From assembly GCA_001687465.1 (NCBI GenBank), contig LVLI01000005.1, positions 310,001-374,000 on the forward strand: a stretch of 64,000 nucleotides of DNA, in the 5' to 3' direction. The position numbers and the translations under genes are program-made. Positions 11,545 to 24,582 of the stretch are shown here, in pieces. The DNA comes from Halocafeteria seosinensis (taxonomy: Eukaryota). The number at the start of each line of letters is the position of its first letter. The first letter of the stretch is position 1. The notes below the pieces were generated by a model, which saw only the letters and a list, made by a program, of their open reading frames with translations, did no database searches and was not told the DNA's origin.

Positions 11545-14500
11545 CTAGTGGTCAGGTTGAGACCACCGGCATCGCTTCAAAAATGTCTTGAAACTTGGTG
11601 GAGAAACCCTGTCTTGAGATTTCCTTTTCGCCGGAACTAGTCCTTCGTCGGCGCAGTTGGTGTCTTCCGTTGCTACGACAGGTCTCTGAGTGCTCGAGAC
11701 GACATCTCCCACACCACAACTATCCTCTACTGATTCATTCGACTGTACGCCGCTACTCTGCTCCCATGCTCCGTCATTGTCTTCGGCGTTGTCACAAATG
11801 ACCTCAGCGTCGTCAATCTCGATGCTGCATGACGTAGAATCAGACATTTGAACAAGCGGGGCTTCGCGACCAGGGCACGTATATCTTCGGCCTGATCCAT
11901 GCTGTGGTGGGGACGAATCAGTAACCTCGATGTCGCATGACGTTGAATCCTTGGAGAAGTTCGACATTGTTCCTCTTCGTCCAGGGAGATCCTTCGCCTG
12001 CGAGCATTCGACGATCTCGATATCGCATGAATCAGTTGCGGGAGTCGTTGAAGCTTCGCGGGAATGCCACTGTGGGTCATGCTTTACCTGAGAGGAATCG
12101 TTATCGACGTTGGAAGAAACTGCTGTTTGGTCAGAGACATCCTGCGTCTGCGAGCATTCAATAATGATCACATCTTTGCGCCCAGGCTTCTTTAATCGTG
12201 CTCTTAGTTCCGCAGTCACTTGCCGGTGGCACGAAGTACATAGCGTGCGAAAGTTTGTCCACCCACATGAGCCGCCCCCTTCTACCACAGGTACAATGTG
12301 GTCTGCCTGCCAGTACGAACCTTCCTGCGGATTCCTGATCAACGTTGTCGCCTTCTTCAGAACCTTGTAGGTCGTGTTTTTTCGTGGCTTCCATTCAGTT
12401 CTCAGGATATGGTCGATCCTTGCATCTTCTATCTTCCCTAAACTGTCATCGAGAACATGCTTTGCTGTAATTGCATCATATTCACATTGTCGCAATGCTC
12501 GTCCGGTATCAGCATCATCCTTGTTCCGCATGATCGGGGTGGAAACTGAATCGCTAACCTCACTCAAGCGAAACTCGAGACTAACTTCAAGTAAAAACCG
12601 TGCCTTCCATTCAGAAATTGCAAATTGGGAACGAGCCCACTGCTCTTCCACCTGCTTTTGCTCTTCTCGGTAGAGGCAAGATACCTCGCGATAGATGCGA
12701 CGGGCATCTATACCGCATATCTGACATACTCCATGCTCCAATTCAGAAAGATATGACCGTATTGCGCCGTTTCTTCGTTTGCCCCAGTAAGCGCGATTGC
12801 ATTTCTCGCTACAAAAAGGGACGGCATACTTCCTTGTGCCCACAGCACCAGCGTCTTCGGTAGTATTACTAGCAGCGTGATATGGGTTTGAAACCGTCGA
12901 TAAATACAGCGGCTGGATTACCGTGGCTGAGCAATGAGCACAACGCAAACAAGCACCATTGTCTTCCTCCGTTGTGGACGACTGGCCCACTCGCTCTAGC
13001 TGAGAGTATTTGATGGCTCCAGTGATGGGCGCATAACGGGTGGTGGGCAGGTTTTCCTTGGGATTCGTGAGCTGGAGTTTAGAACCAAAGACATGCTTGT
13101 CCCTCAGTGACGATACTATGGGACCCAAGGGTAAGGACAAAAAAGCATTGCATAATTCCTCTTTTGTCACCGCATTAATGGAGCACCAGTCCAGTGAGAA
13201 TAAATGAGCCACCTTTTCCCAGCAACGACACGAAATTAGCGGCGAAATTTGAGGCCGGTCAGCAAATTCCAGTTCATTGCAGTTTCCGCCCTGTTTGTTC
13301 GCTAAGGTATCGTTATGAATGCCTCCATCCTGAAAAACTGTACGGCGATCTTCACTAAAAATACACCCAGAAGAGCACTCTGCACAAGCATCTGCATCTG
13401 CCGGCGAGACGACGTACTCCTCGGGAACGAAATTCAACCCAGTGTATTGGAGCTCAGCCGTATATATGTACACTCTGTGGGTTGCTGAGCATACCATGAA
13501 TAGTACCACTCCTGTCAGTTCTGCAAACGATAACTTTTCGTGTTTGACAGAAGAGCGGCGCGGTTGAGACGCTTCCTCTTCATTTTCTATTGACAAGCCT
13601 TGTTGTTTTTGTTTAGTAGAACAATCGACTGATGAAGTGGACAGCTCGGTGAACTCTTGGGTTTCGGCGGTATGTATATCGGCTCCCAGCTCTATGGGGG
13701 CACCGTTAACGGTTTTCCCGATAGCCTTGAGTCGGTGGCAGAGCTTTCCCCAGAGAAGATCATCCCAAGTTCCTCGAGCGACTAAGTACTGAATGGTAAC
13801 GCGGCCTCCATTGTCTATGATTGGTTTACCTTTTGCGTTTCCCGAGGAACTCATGCGGTGAGCGCGATCCTCTGCTTGTAATAGGACTCCAACCAAGTGG
13901 TGCAGTTCTCCGAACAGAACCAAATCGGCGGCACTAAAGCAGTGACCTTCTCCACCAGCAGTCATAGAGACAAGGGCTACACTACAATATCGATTAGTTT
14001 GAAACTCCTCAACAGCCGCGGCCCTTTCTTGAGGAAGCATGGTGCCATCCACGCGCACCATGCTAATTTGCTGTTCCAGCATCATGCGGTGGATTCGATC
14101 CATGACGTTCGCATGGTGCGCGAAAATAAGTATCTTAATACTAGAACCACTGCTCAAGTATGTTTTGACCCATTCCAATGCATACTCCCCTATCGCTTCC
14201 GCTTTTGCCACACCGGTTGCATGCCACAAATCTAATGAACTAGAGTCATTGGAATCAATTTGACAGTCCGAAGTCTCTTCGGTCTCACCGTCGTTCGAGT
14301 CGAAAACGTCATCCTCGCGATCAAGAATCCTACGAGCTGCTGCCATGTTACTTCGTCGAACACAGTCGTATGCTTCCTGGAGTGCCAAAGACGCACTGTC
14401 CCGAACAATACGTTCTGCGATAGTAGGAACTTGAGTTTCATCTTGACGCAACAGCTCTAGGTCAATTTCGCTGGACAATTTTGCTTGGCTGGTATCATAT

Positions 14501-16275
14501 AGAATACCCTTTCTAACTAAAGATGAAACCATCCCACATAATTCAGACTGGGTGCATCTTGCTTTCTTTCTCTCTTCACGCTCTTTCTGGATATACTTGA
14601 CGCAACGGTCTGTTTCCACAGACCAAGAGGAGGAGTTAGAAGGAGGAGACAGCATGATGCACTGCCTTGTCTTCTCTGGAAGCTCCGGAAGCACCTGCCG
14701 CTTCAAGCGTCGGATCATGATTTCTTTCTGTAAGACTGAATGCCAAATACGATTGCGTAGTTCACGTCAACTGGTACTACGTACATATCTATCGTACTTA
14801 CTGGCATTTAATTCATGAACCTTCGACACTCCCCCAAAGCTCCAAGACGCTTCGTTGACTCCATCTTCATATTTCCTCTCAGGTCCACAGTATCGCATGG
14901 CAAACTGTAACCTGTTTTGGAAAAGATGGGGTCGTAGACCGTGAAGTAATGGAAACAAGTCCAGTGGCTTTGAAAGACAGGGTGTTCCTGTCAACAAGAC
15001 AACGCGTGCAGCATGCTTAGACATATTCATCACAGCCATTGTCCTTAGTGAGTCTGGCTTCCGGAGACAATGAGCTTCATCGGATACCAAGGACGGAAAC
15101 GCATCTGCGAGGATTTTACCAAGGACATTATATTGTTCAACATTGCTCGCAGCCGCCTTCGAATGGGTGTTAAATTCAGTATCAGAAACAATACGCTGAA
15201 ACCACCGGGACAATAGCGTGTAGCTCACTATTGCTACAGGAGGGAAGTGGCTGACATATTCATCGTTATTGACAAAGCGCGTGTGGTTCTTAACAGGGTT
15301 CCTCAGCCGCTGACTCAGGACGTGTACGGCTATAGCCATCATAGACCGCTTATCTTTCCTCTTTCTCGAACGGTATTGTTTTACAACTTCCTGAAAGAGA
15401 GCCGATACAGGTTGCAGCATCGCATTGATCATCTTCCCTCCCCGCATTAGCCGTAAATCTCCAGGTTGCAGTTCCGGGAGCCATACTTGTAGTTCATTGG
15501 CCCACATCAACTTTAAGCTCGCTGGACACACTATCAAAAGTGGCCAATCAGCGACGTAGTGGCGCATTAGTGATATAGCCTGTAACGTTTTACCCGTCCC
15601 CATTTCATCTGCTAAGAGTATCTTGCCCTTTCGGTTTATTCCGTACTCGATAGCCTCACGTTGGAATGGACGGAGCCACCGGGTGATACTGGACGGTATG
15701 GTTCCTGAGTTCCAAACATCTGTTGTGGTGACCTGTTTCCCCTTCCTGTGACGAATCAAGACCGAATGCACGGTGCTCGGAATATCGTCCACTCGGCATC
15801 CCTGGATAGATTGTACCTTTGCTTTCAATTCGTTATAGCTCTCCTGGGGACAAAAATAATACACGCTGTCTTCTCTTGGTGCCGAATCCCCACGGTCTAC
15901 CTTCTGCAGTCCATAGTGTTGCACCAAATATTTCAGAAACTCATCTGTGCTACCACTACACTGGCCATTCGATGATGAGCTATTCGACGTTGACGAATTG
16001 GTAGTATCTTTCAGAACAGCGGTTGTCGCAGTGGACCGTCGAGATTTGAATTCCACCAAGTACTTGTGGTCCGAGTACCATTCAAACGAGATGTCCAAAG
16101 GCTTCCTCGGTTGCCCCGCAGGGCCAACCCCTGCGGCTGCGGCTGTGTTTGTCGTCTGTGTCACTAGAGAGGCTGTATTGGAGGCGGTAGTAGTGCCATC
16201 ACTCGGTGTGGCCGAGGAGCATGAATTCAACAAGTTCTTGGCGGTGGTAAACGTGGATGCATACCCTCCCTCCAT
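11545..16275 (-). CDS. ZRANB3: ZRANB3/SMARCAL1-like SNF2 annealing helicase with C-terminal HNH endonuclease
   Basis: LRPFQREAI, LADEMGTGKT, DEAH, LLTGTP, MIRRLKRQVL, LLQAEDRAHR. HNH region GVCQICG...WQADHIVPVVEGGGSCGWTNFRTLCTSCH. One intron at about 14728-14800. Confidence 0.88.
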
Positions 16276-16604
16276 CTTCTCATTCCATGGTACTCCACTC
16301 CACTATCTCTATATACTACGAAACAGTTGGTTAGACCATGTACCATGAAAACCAACACATAAAAGTCTCGTATGGACAGAGTATGCATGTATTAACGGCA
16401 GATGTAAGTTCACAAGATACAGGGAACCGAGACGAATGACTCATCATGATTCATGAGTATCCCTCTCCTGAGGGCAAAGTGTCATATATACGGAAACGTC
16501 CCAAATTTATCAAGTACGAAGTGTGCTATTTACTTTATTGGTCTGCATTCGACCTATTTCGCTACTATCGTCGTGTGCAGCAGTTGCAAGGTTCCGCCAC
16601 GAAG

Positions 16605-18835
16605 TTATTCTCCTCCAGCAGCAGCCGCCGCAGCGGCTCCCTCACTAGAAGTTTTGCCTTTTTCTTCGAGTTCTCTGTTGCCAGCTTCGTTGTATTCCTG
16701 GCGTTTATTTTGTATAGAGCAAATTGTGTCGTTCACTTCTGTCGTGTCTTTAGGAGGATTCACAGACAAGTATTGCAGCGAGTTGATTACTTCGAAGGTG
16801 TGCTTCAAAGGTCTTCCTTCATCTCCTTTCTGTTGCTTCTTTTTCCCTTTCTTATTTTTCTTCTTTGATCCACCCATGAGAGCACTGAACTCTGGGTCGT
16901 CTTCTTTTTCTTCATTGCGCTTTCCTACTGGCTTCATTTGCGAGACGGTCGACGGATCCACAGCAGCTTCTTCCTTTGGCGCTTCATCTTCTTGGGCAAT
17001 GTTTTGCTCTCCAACTTCCTGTTCAGTACCATCTGGGTCCTCAAACTGTACACGAGCCAGTCCTATCAGAGAGCGCATGTAGTTTTCCATAACGTTGCAC
17101 AGTGCGATTTTCTCGGCATACGGATGCACGGGCTTGGATTCTTCCTCGCTGCACATCAAAATGACGGCAACAATAGGATTATGCAGCAGCTTTGTTGGCG
17201 ATTTAGTATATGTCGCTTACAGTGCCACTTGTTCCTGTTGCTCTTCTGCTTTTTTCTGCTCCATTTCCGCTTTACGCTGAGCAGCCTTAGCACGTTTCAC
17301 AGCATAATAATAATCTTTGTACTTTTTATCGGCACTGCAGGTACCAACATGAAAGTTGAGTAATACGTGATGACAAATTACAGTCCCTCAATCTATGCGG
17401 CTACATACTCGCGGAACTCCTGACGCAGCCGTCGATACTCAGTATTTGCTTCGTCCATTTCTTTGTAAATTTGCTTCCGGCGATCCATCAGTTGTGAACT
17501 ACCTTGTTTTCGTTGTTCAAACTCTTCGCTGTACTTGTTCAAAACTTCCTGCTGTGCATTAAGTCGTTCCTTGACAGCATTGAATTGCGACACAACTTCC
17601 GAAAGTTTGTCCTTCACAGCATTAATCTGCTCTTTGTTGGAGTCCCTTGCTTCTCTCTCGCGTTTTTGGAGTTCCTCTAGTTCTAAGACTTGCTGCAAGC
17701 ATATCAAGTGCGTGGTTATCGTAATTACTATTCGAATCCACGTGTTGCAAATGACCTACATTTCTTGATTGTCTCAGTTCGGATATTTCCTTTACTAATT
17801 TCTTCTCTTCTGCCAGACTAAGGGTGTTTGTAGACTGAATATCTTCTAGTTCCCTGCACAGTACACAACAGGTGAGACAGGAAGACTATCATGCAGGCGA
17901 GATCCATGACGAACCTTATCTTGTTATCAACGTCCTCTACTCTCCTGTATCTCAAGTTATTCTTCAACTCTTGGATCTTATTCGACTGCGAATGTTCGAC
18001 GAAAAGTCACTTGGCAGAAAATGTCGTCCTTGACTGCTAGAGGTATTCACTTACAGTAGTATCTCCACCGGCTTTTAGAGAATCCCGTTGGTCCAGCAGG
18101 GCTTTCTTCTGATCTCTTAGGCTATTTAATTCATTTCTGCAAAGTAAAGGTAAGCAATATATACCAATATACGCTTATAGTCTTCTCGCATATAAATACA
18201 TACTTGATTTCATTGAAGCGTGCCCTTGCTTCTTGGAGTTTCGCCTGCGGACCGGCCACAATAAGGAAGCACAATATGATCAATATGTATGGGTTTCCTC
18301 TAAATTTCTATGGAAAGGGACAAAGAGCTCATATCCTAAAACATGCAGCCCATTGGCTGGGCGCACCAGTTTTCTGCCTTTTTAAGGCGTTCTTCAACTC
18401 TAATAAGTTCGCGGTGGAAAAACCATTCCCCTGGAAACCTTTTTTTCCCTTTCTTCCAGGAAACCCCTTCAACGACGCAAAAATAAGAGAAACAAATAGG
18501 ACGAAAACACTTACTTTCAAATCTTTGCTGGACTCCATTTTCTCCTCGATTTTGGCCTGGATGCCATTTTTTTCCTCCTTGAGCTGATCGATTTTCTTGT
18601 TGAGATCATTCATTTTCTTGTCGTAGGCCTCTTTGTCCGGCTTGGAGACCGGGGTGAGTTGATCCAAAGGGATCACTTCGCGCTCTTGATGCTGCTTTGG
18701 ACCAGTTTTCTCCTGAGAAGAAGACTGGCCTTGGCTAGGTTGCTGCTCTTGCGTAGAGCTATGACCATTGGTTTCCGCCGGCTCTTTGGGTCCATTTTCC
18801 ATGGACAAGTTGGCTGTTTCTTCGACCAACGACAT
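16605..18835 (-). CDS. Coiled-coil protein, BFR1/proton-pump-interactor-like, multi-exon
   Basis: N-terminal KPDKEAYDKKMNDLNKKIDQL, long coiled coils, HPYAEKIALC, a K-rich patch and C-terminal LKHTFEVINSLQYLSVNPP, resembling Bfr1-family proteins. About 6 introns, including a 270-nt first intron (18245-18514). Confidence 0.62.
18283..18470 (-). ncRNA. Candidate intronic box H/ACA snoRNA
   Basis: Lies within the oversized intron. It has several hairpins, an ANANNA H box (AGAAAA, + strand 18370-18375), a small hairpin, and a 3' hairpin closed by AUGGG/CCCAU followed directly by ACA (18286-18288). The 5' end is uncertain. Confidence 0.42.
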
Positions 18836-19691
18836 TGTATGTGTTTTGTCTTTGTAATGTACTCGATATATACTCGTTCGAAGCTATAAAAAGACGTAAA
18901 ATGCCCCTCTGTTGGCAAGCTAAATTGGCACAAAAAGGCGGGATAAGCACTCCAAGGTCGTAAAAACTACCTTTTTTCTCTCGTTCAATACGCCCAAAAT
19001 GCTTGCGTTCAATTCAAAATAAGTATAAAAATTGGTTTGTGCAACTCTCCTAGTATACAACGACTTATCGCGGCGCACACGGGGCCTGCACCAGATGATC
19101 TCCAGATCTCAAGGTGCATGTGACACCCGCGGAAAAGATTGTCTGGTTGGTTTTTCCGAGAGAAATATTTAATGTTTACCCCAGACACACGTGTCACACA
19201 GCTTCGGCGGCAATTGCATACTGGTCTATGGGGTGATATATCCTCTACTGTGTCTGGCTTATAAATGACTTTTCCCATTACTTCCTCGGTTACCCGGAAT
19301 TTCCGAAGTCGTTTCTTAAGGAATCTTAGCAATACATGTAGAGCAAAACAAGAACTCAAGAGTGAGGCAGAATACAGGAAGTCCCCACGCAATCCTTAGA
19401 AAGCATATTCCACGCATGATCGTGAAAATGTTGAACCATAGGAATGATGGACAGAGTAGTCAGTAATATCAGCGGGATTTCTGGGAGTCTGGATTCTGAA
19501 TAATTCTTGTGTGGCATTCTGCTACCCACTACTTTGACGTAGTTACTATTTCTAATCACAGGCATAAAACATGCAATAGCACCCAAGAGTTCCCTAAAAA
19601 GTATCACTGTATTCACTTATTCTGTAAGCGTTATTGTCGTGAATCAAGAGGACGCTCTCGTGCCAACATTAGGTTGCGGGATGACGATTCC

Positions 19692-22459
19692 TTAAACGCC
19701 GTCCTTGCGCTTTCCTACGCTCAATTGATGTAGTATATCCCTGGTATAGCGAAGTCTCCTGGAGATGTCCGGGCGTCCCTCGTGGAGAATCTTCGATAAT
19801 ACATGATGCGAGCGGTTACCAGATTTATCTGCGTAAGTGACAAGCGAAGACTCTGAACATAGTATGATGGAACTAGTATCCTTGAAGTTCACTTGGACGG
19901 TGCGGTTAGATAATCGAAATAGTATCGCATCAGGTGTCTTTATCCACTTCTTGACGAACGTCAAGTCAGAAGTACCGCTGCCCTTAGCAATAGCTGCTTC
20001 TTCTTCCGAACCAGTTCTCCCTTTCTTCCTTTGTTCTTCAAATAGAAACCCTTTGAAGTGGCGAACTAATGTAACTTTCTTCTTCAGTGAGTCGGGATAG
20101 TTAGACATTGTGTGATGTTCACAAACAACGGGGGTGTGTTCGCTGTGTTTGGTATGCTTCGTTGAGGGAGACCTTTCCACATATTCAAAGTCTTCCCCAT
20201 TGGACGCTAGTACAAGCTTACTAGTGTCGTTGAAGAAAACTCCTATGCAACCGTTGCTTAAAAGGTATGCCATACCGTATTTTTCTGTGTAGTCAAGCCA
20301 TCGTGCGATCCAAATTTGTGGGGCATCTCTGGCATCAGCGTTGCGAGAGCCACCACCTTCGTAAGTGGAAAGCCTCTCCTGCATTTTTCGAAGCGTATCT
20401 ACTGCAGGAGACCCTATTTGGTCCTTTGCATCTTTAGGCGTTGAGCGAGCTTTCTGGAAGCACTCGTTCTGCTCTCTATACGATGGTTTCCTATCCTCAA
20501 CAATCCCCGAGTGAGCAGGAGTTTTGTTGCTATCTAAACGTTGAAAAGCACTGTAGTTTTTCGGAGAATTGGTTTTGTTGGTGGTGTTTCTGCATTCTGA
20601 AGCCGTGTTCAATGCTTCAGTTGTTTTCCGTGGCTCCCCAGGTTCCGCTCCACTGGGGCTCTTAGCTGTCCCGGAAGGTGCTACTGGAGGGGTAACAGTC
20701 ATTTTTTCCCGTTTTGTAGCTGTCGGGTCCTTTCCAGTCTCGAGGTTAATTCCGTGATAGCGTAAGGCCTCGTCTTCCGTCACATAAATGTGGTCCTCAT
20801 TTCTGGTCTTCACTGTCGTTCTGTTGTCTCCGATAGTAAGTGACCGAACTGCTTCTCTAACACTGTTGGTTTCTTCTTTTCTACCGGAGCTTCCAGCACT
20901 CTTGACCGGTTGCTTCCTTTTGATTTCACTTCTCAAACCCCTGAGAGGCTGCTCAAGCATTTTCATAACCATCTGATACCCCGAGTCACAAGGAACCGAT
21001 GCCATATCCGGAGCCTGATAGCTGACAGAGGAAGGAAGAGACCGCGGAATGGCCGCCGATGCCTTGACGAAAAATGGGTAGTAGCAAAGTTGGTCAATAC
21101 TTGGCCTCCTACTGGGTGAAGCATTCAACGACGCCCTAATTAGCTCTCTTGCTTCGCTAGAAATTCCGCAGTTGGTTGGAAAAGAATAAGAATTGGATTT
21201 TATCCGTTTGTACGTGGAATTTACATCCTTCGTTTCAAATGGTGGAGTGCCAACCAACATAGTGTACATGATCACACCAAATGACCAAATGTCTGCCTGA
21301 GATGAATGTCCAGTACCTCGAAGTACTTCTGGCGCAATATAATTCGGCGTTCCGCAAACGGTTTGCTTCCTCTCTTCTGCATAATCTAACGCCGCCGCTA
21401 GACCAAAATCGCCAACTTTAACTTGCATGTCTTTTCCCAAAAAAATATTTCCCAATTTTAGGTCACGGTGGATGATGTTATTTTTGTGAAGATAGCGCAC
21501 AGCGTCAAGTAATTGCAGACCAAAGTATCTCGCTTCGTGCTCTGTCAGTCGCTTTCTCCGTTTGATCACTTCCATTAAAGTCTGTGATCAGAACAGTTTG
21601 TACCCTTTGTAGTGCTGAGCTGGGGTGACTTTGGATACCTTACGTTGTCGAACTTACCTGATTTGAGCATAGTTCGAGCATGATATAGACATTGTGCTTG
21701 TCTTCGAAAAACGACTCGAACCCTACAATGTGCTGATGCTCTAAAGACCGATGTATGCGAATCTCAGCTAAGAGCTGCAAAACGGCGTCGAAATATTTAC
21801 CTCCCAAGAAAACTGGAACGCGAAAGATAGATTCCTTACTTTCTGCTTAGAACTGGATTTTGTTAAGGACGACTTCTCAACCACTTTCCCCGCCACAACT
21901 TTTTGATTCTCCAAGTTCGTAAACTGGTACACTTTTGCAAAACCACCCTGCACAATTTTAGTTATTCAGCAAATTATTTTTATGCATTTACAATGTTACC
22001 CATGAATGTTGGGGACAACACAGCACGATACTTCACAAGTATCCAATCCAGCCGTTTAGAGTGGAACAGGAATGAAGAGGCAGCTACAGCGAGAACCCTA
22101 GCTTCTCACAAGCGTTTATGCCACCTCCGTGAGCGGATATCGGCCATATGTGCTTGCCGTCCATGACACACCCTTTTTGTCGAGCTAGCACATACCTTTC
22201 CTAATAGTTTATCCTTGCGGTATCTCCTGACAATCACAGATCCTGAACTACTCTTACGCGAGTCTTCTACGATTTCTCCGAGATTGGAGCCCGAGCTCTT
22301 GGAGGATGCCCTGTGCTGTGTCTGCACTGATCCAGTCTTGTGTTTGGGAGATGGAGGTCCCTGGTTCTGCTTATTTGTCAGCTCCGCAAGAGGAGCTCGA
22401 CCAGCGTTACGACCCTGCTGGGAAGATGGCAGCACGGGCGGTGGTACTGCTATACTCAT
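19692..22459 (-). CDS. PLK1: Polo-like serine/threonine kinase, 4 exons
   Basis: [42 protein letters not shown]. Two polo boxes: [16 protein letters not shown] and [18 protein letters not shown]. Confidence 0.95.
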
Positions 22460-22773
22460 TGTCTCTTTCTCTCCAAACTGACTGTATACCAAAGGAGTTA
22501 CATTAAATGGGCTAACTAACACATCGATCTCATTAAATTGGCTATGAGGACAACCTCATTTGGACTTCCTGGTTTTACGCGGGACACGCCCGTTTACTTT
22601 AGCTTGTGAAGCACATTCGTGTGATGATGAACACAGCAAACTTTAGTTTCACTTCATTGTACCGTCTATTTAGCCGAATTCCATGGGTTGATATGGAGCG
22701 GTAATCACTCTACATGGGGTGCACGTCCTTGTGTTTGATCTCAGCAAGCACTTGTGGGCTGGACTGCTCGTGA

Positions 22774-24575
<1,802 letters not shown>

Positions 24576-24582
<7 letters not shown>

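Noticed and set aside
16446..17363. Plus-strand ORFs of 140-209 aa with hydrophobic F/S-rich sequence
   Set aside because: They are antisense shadows of the K/E-rich BFR1-like coding exons.
19377..19390. GGAAGTCCCC resembling the RNase MRP/P CR-I motif
   Set aside because: No complementary CR-V (GGGGCT-type) motif lies downstream at a suitable distance.
22620..22700. GTGATGA box C-like motifs (also near 32726 and 58726)
   Set aside because: There is no properly spaced CTGA box D or terminal stem.
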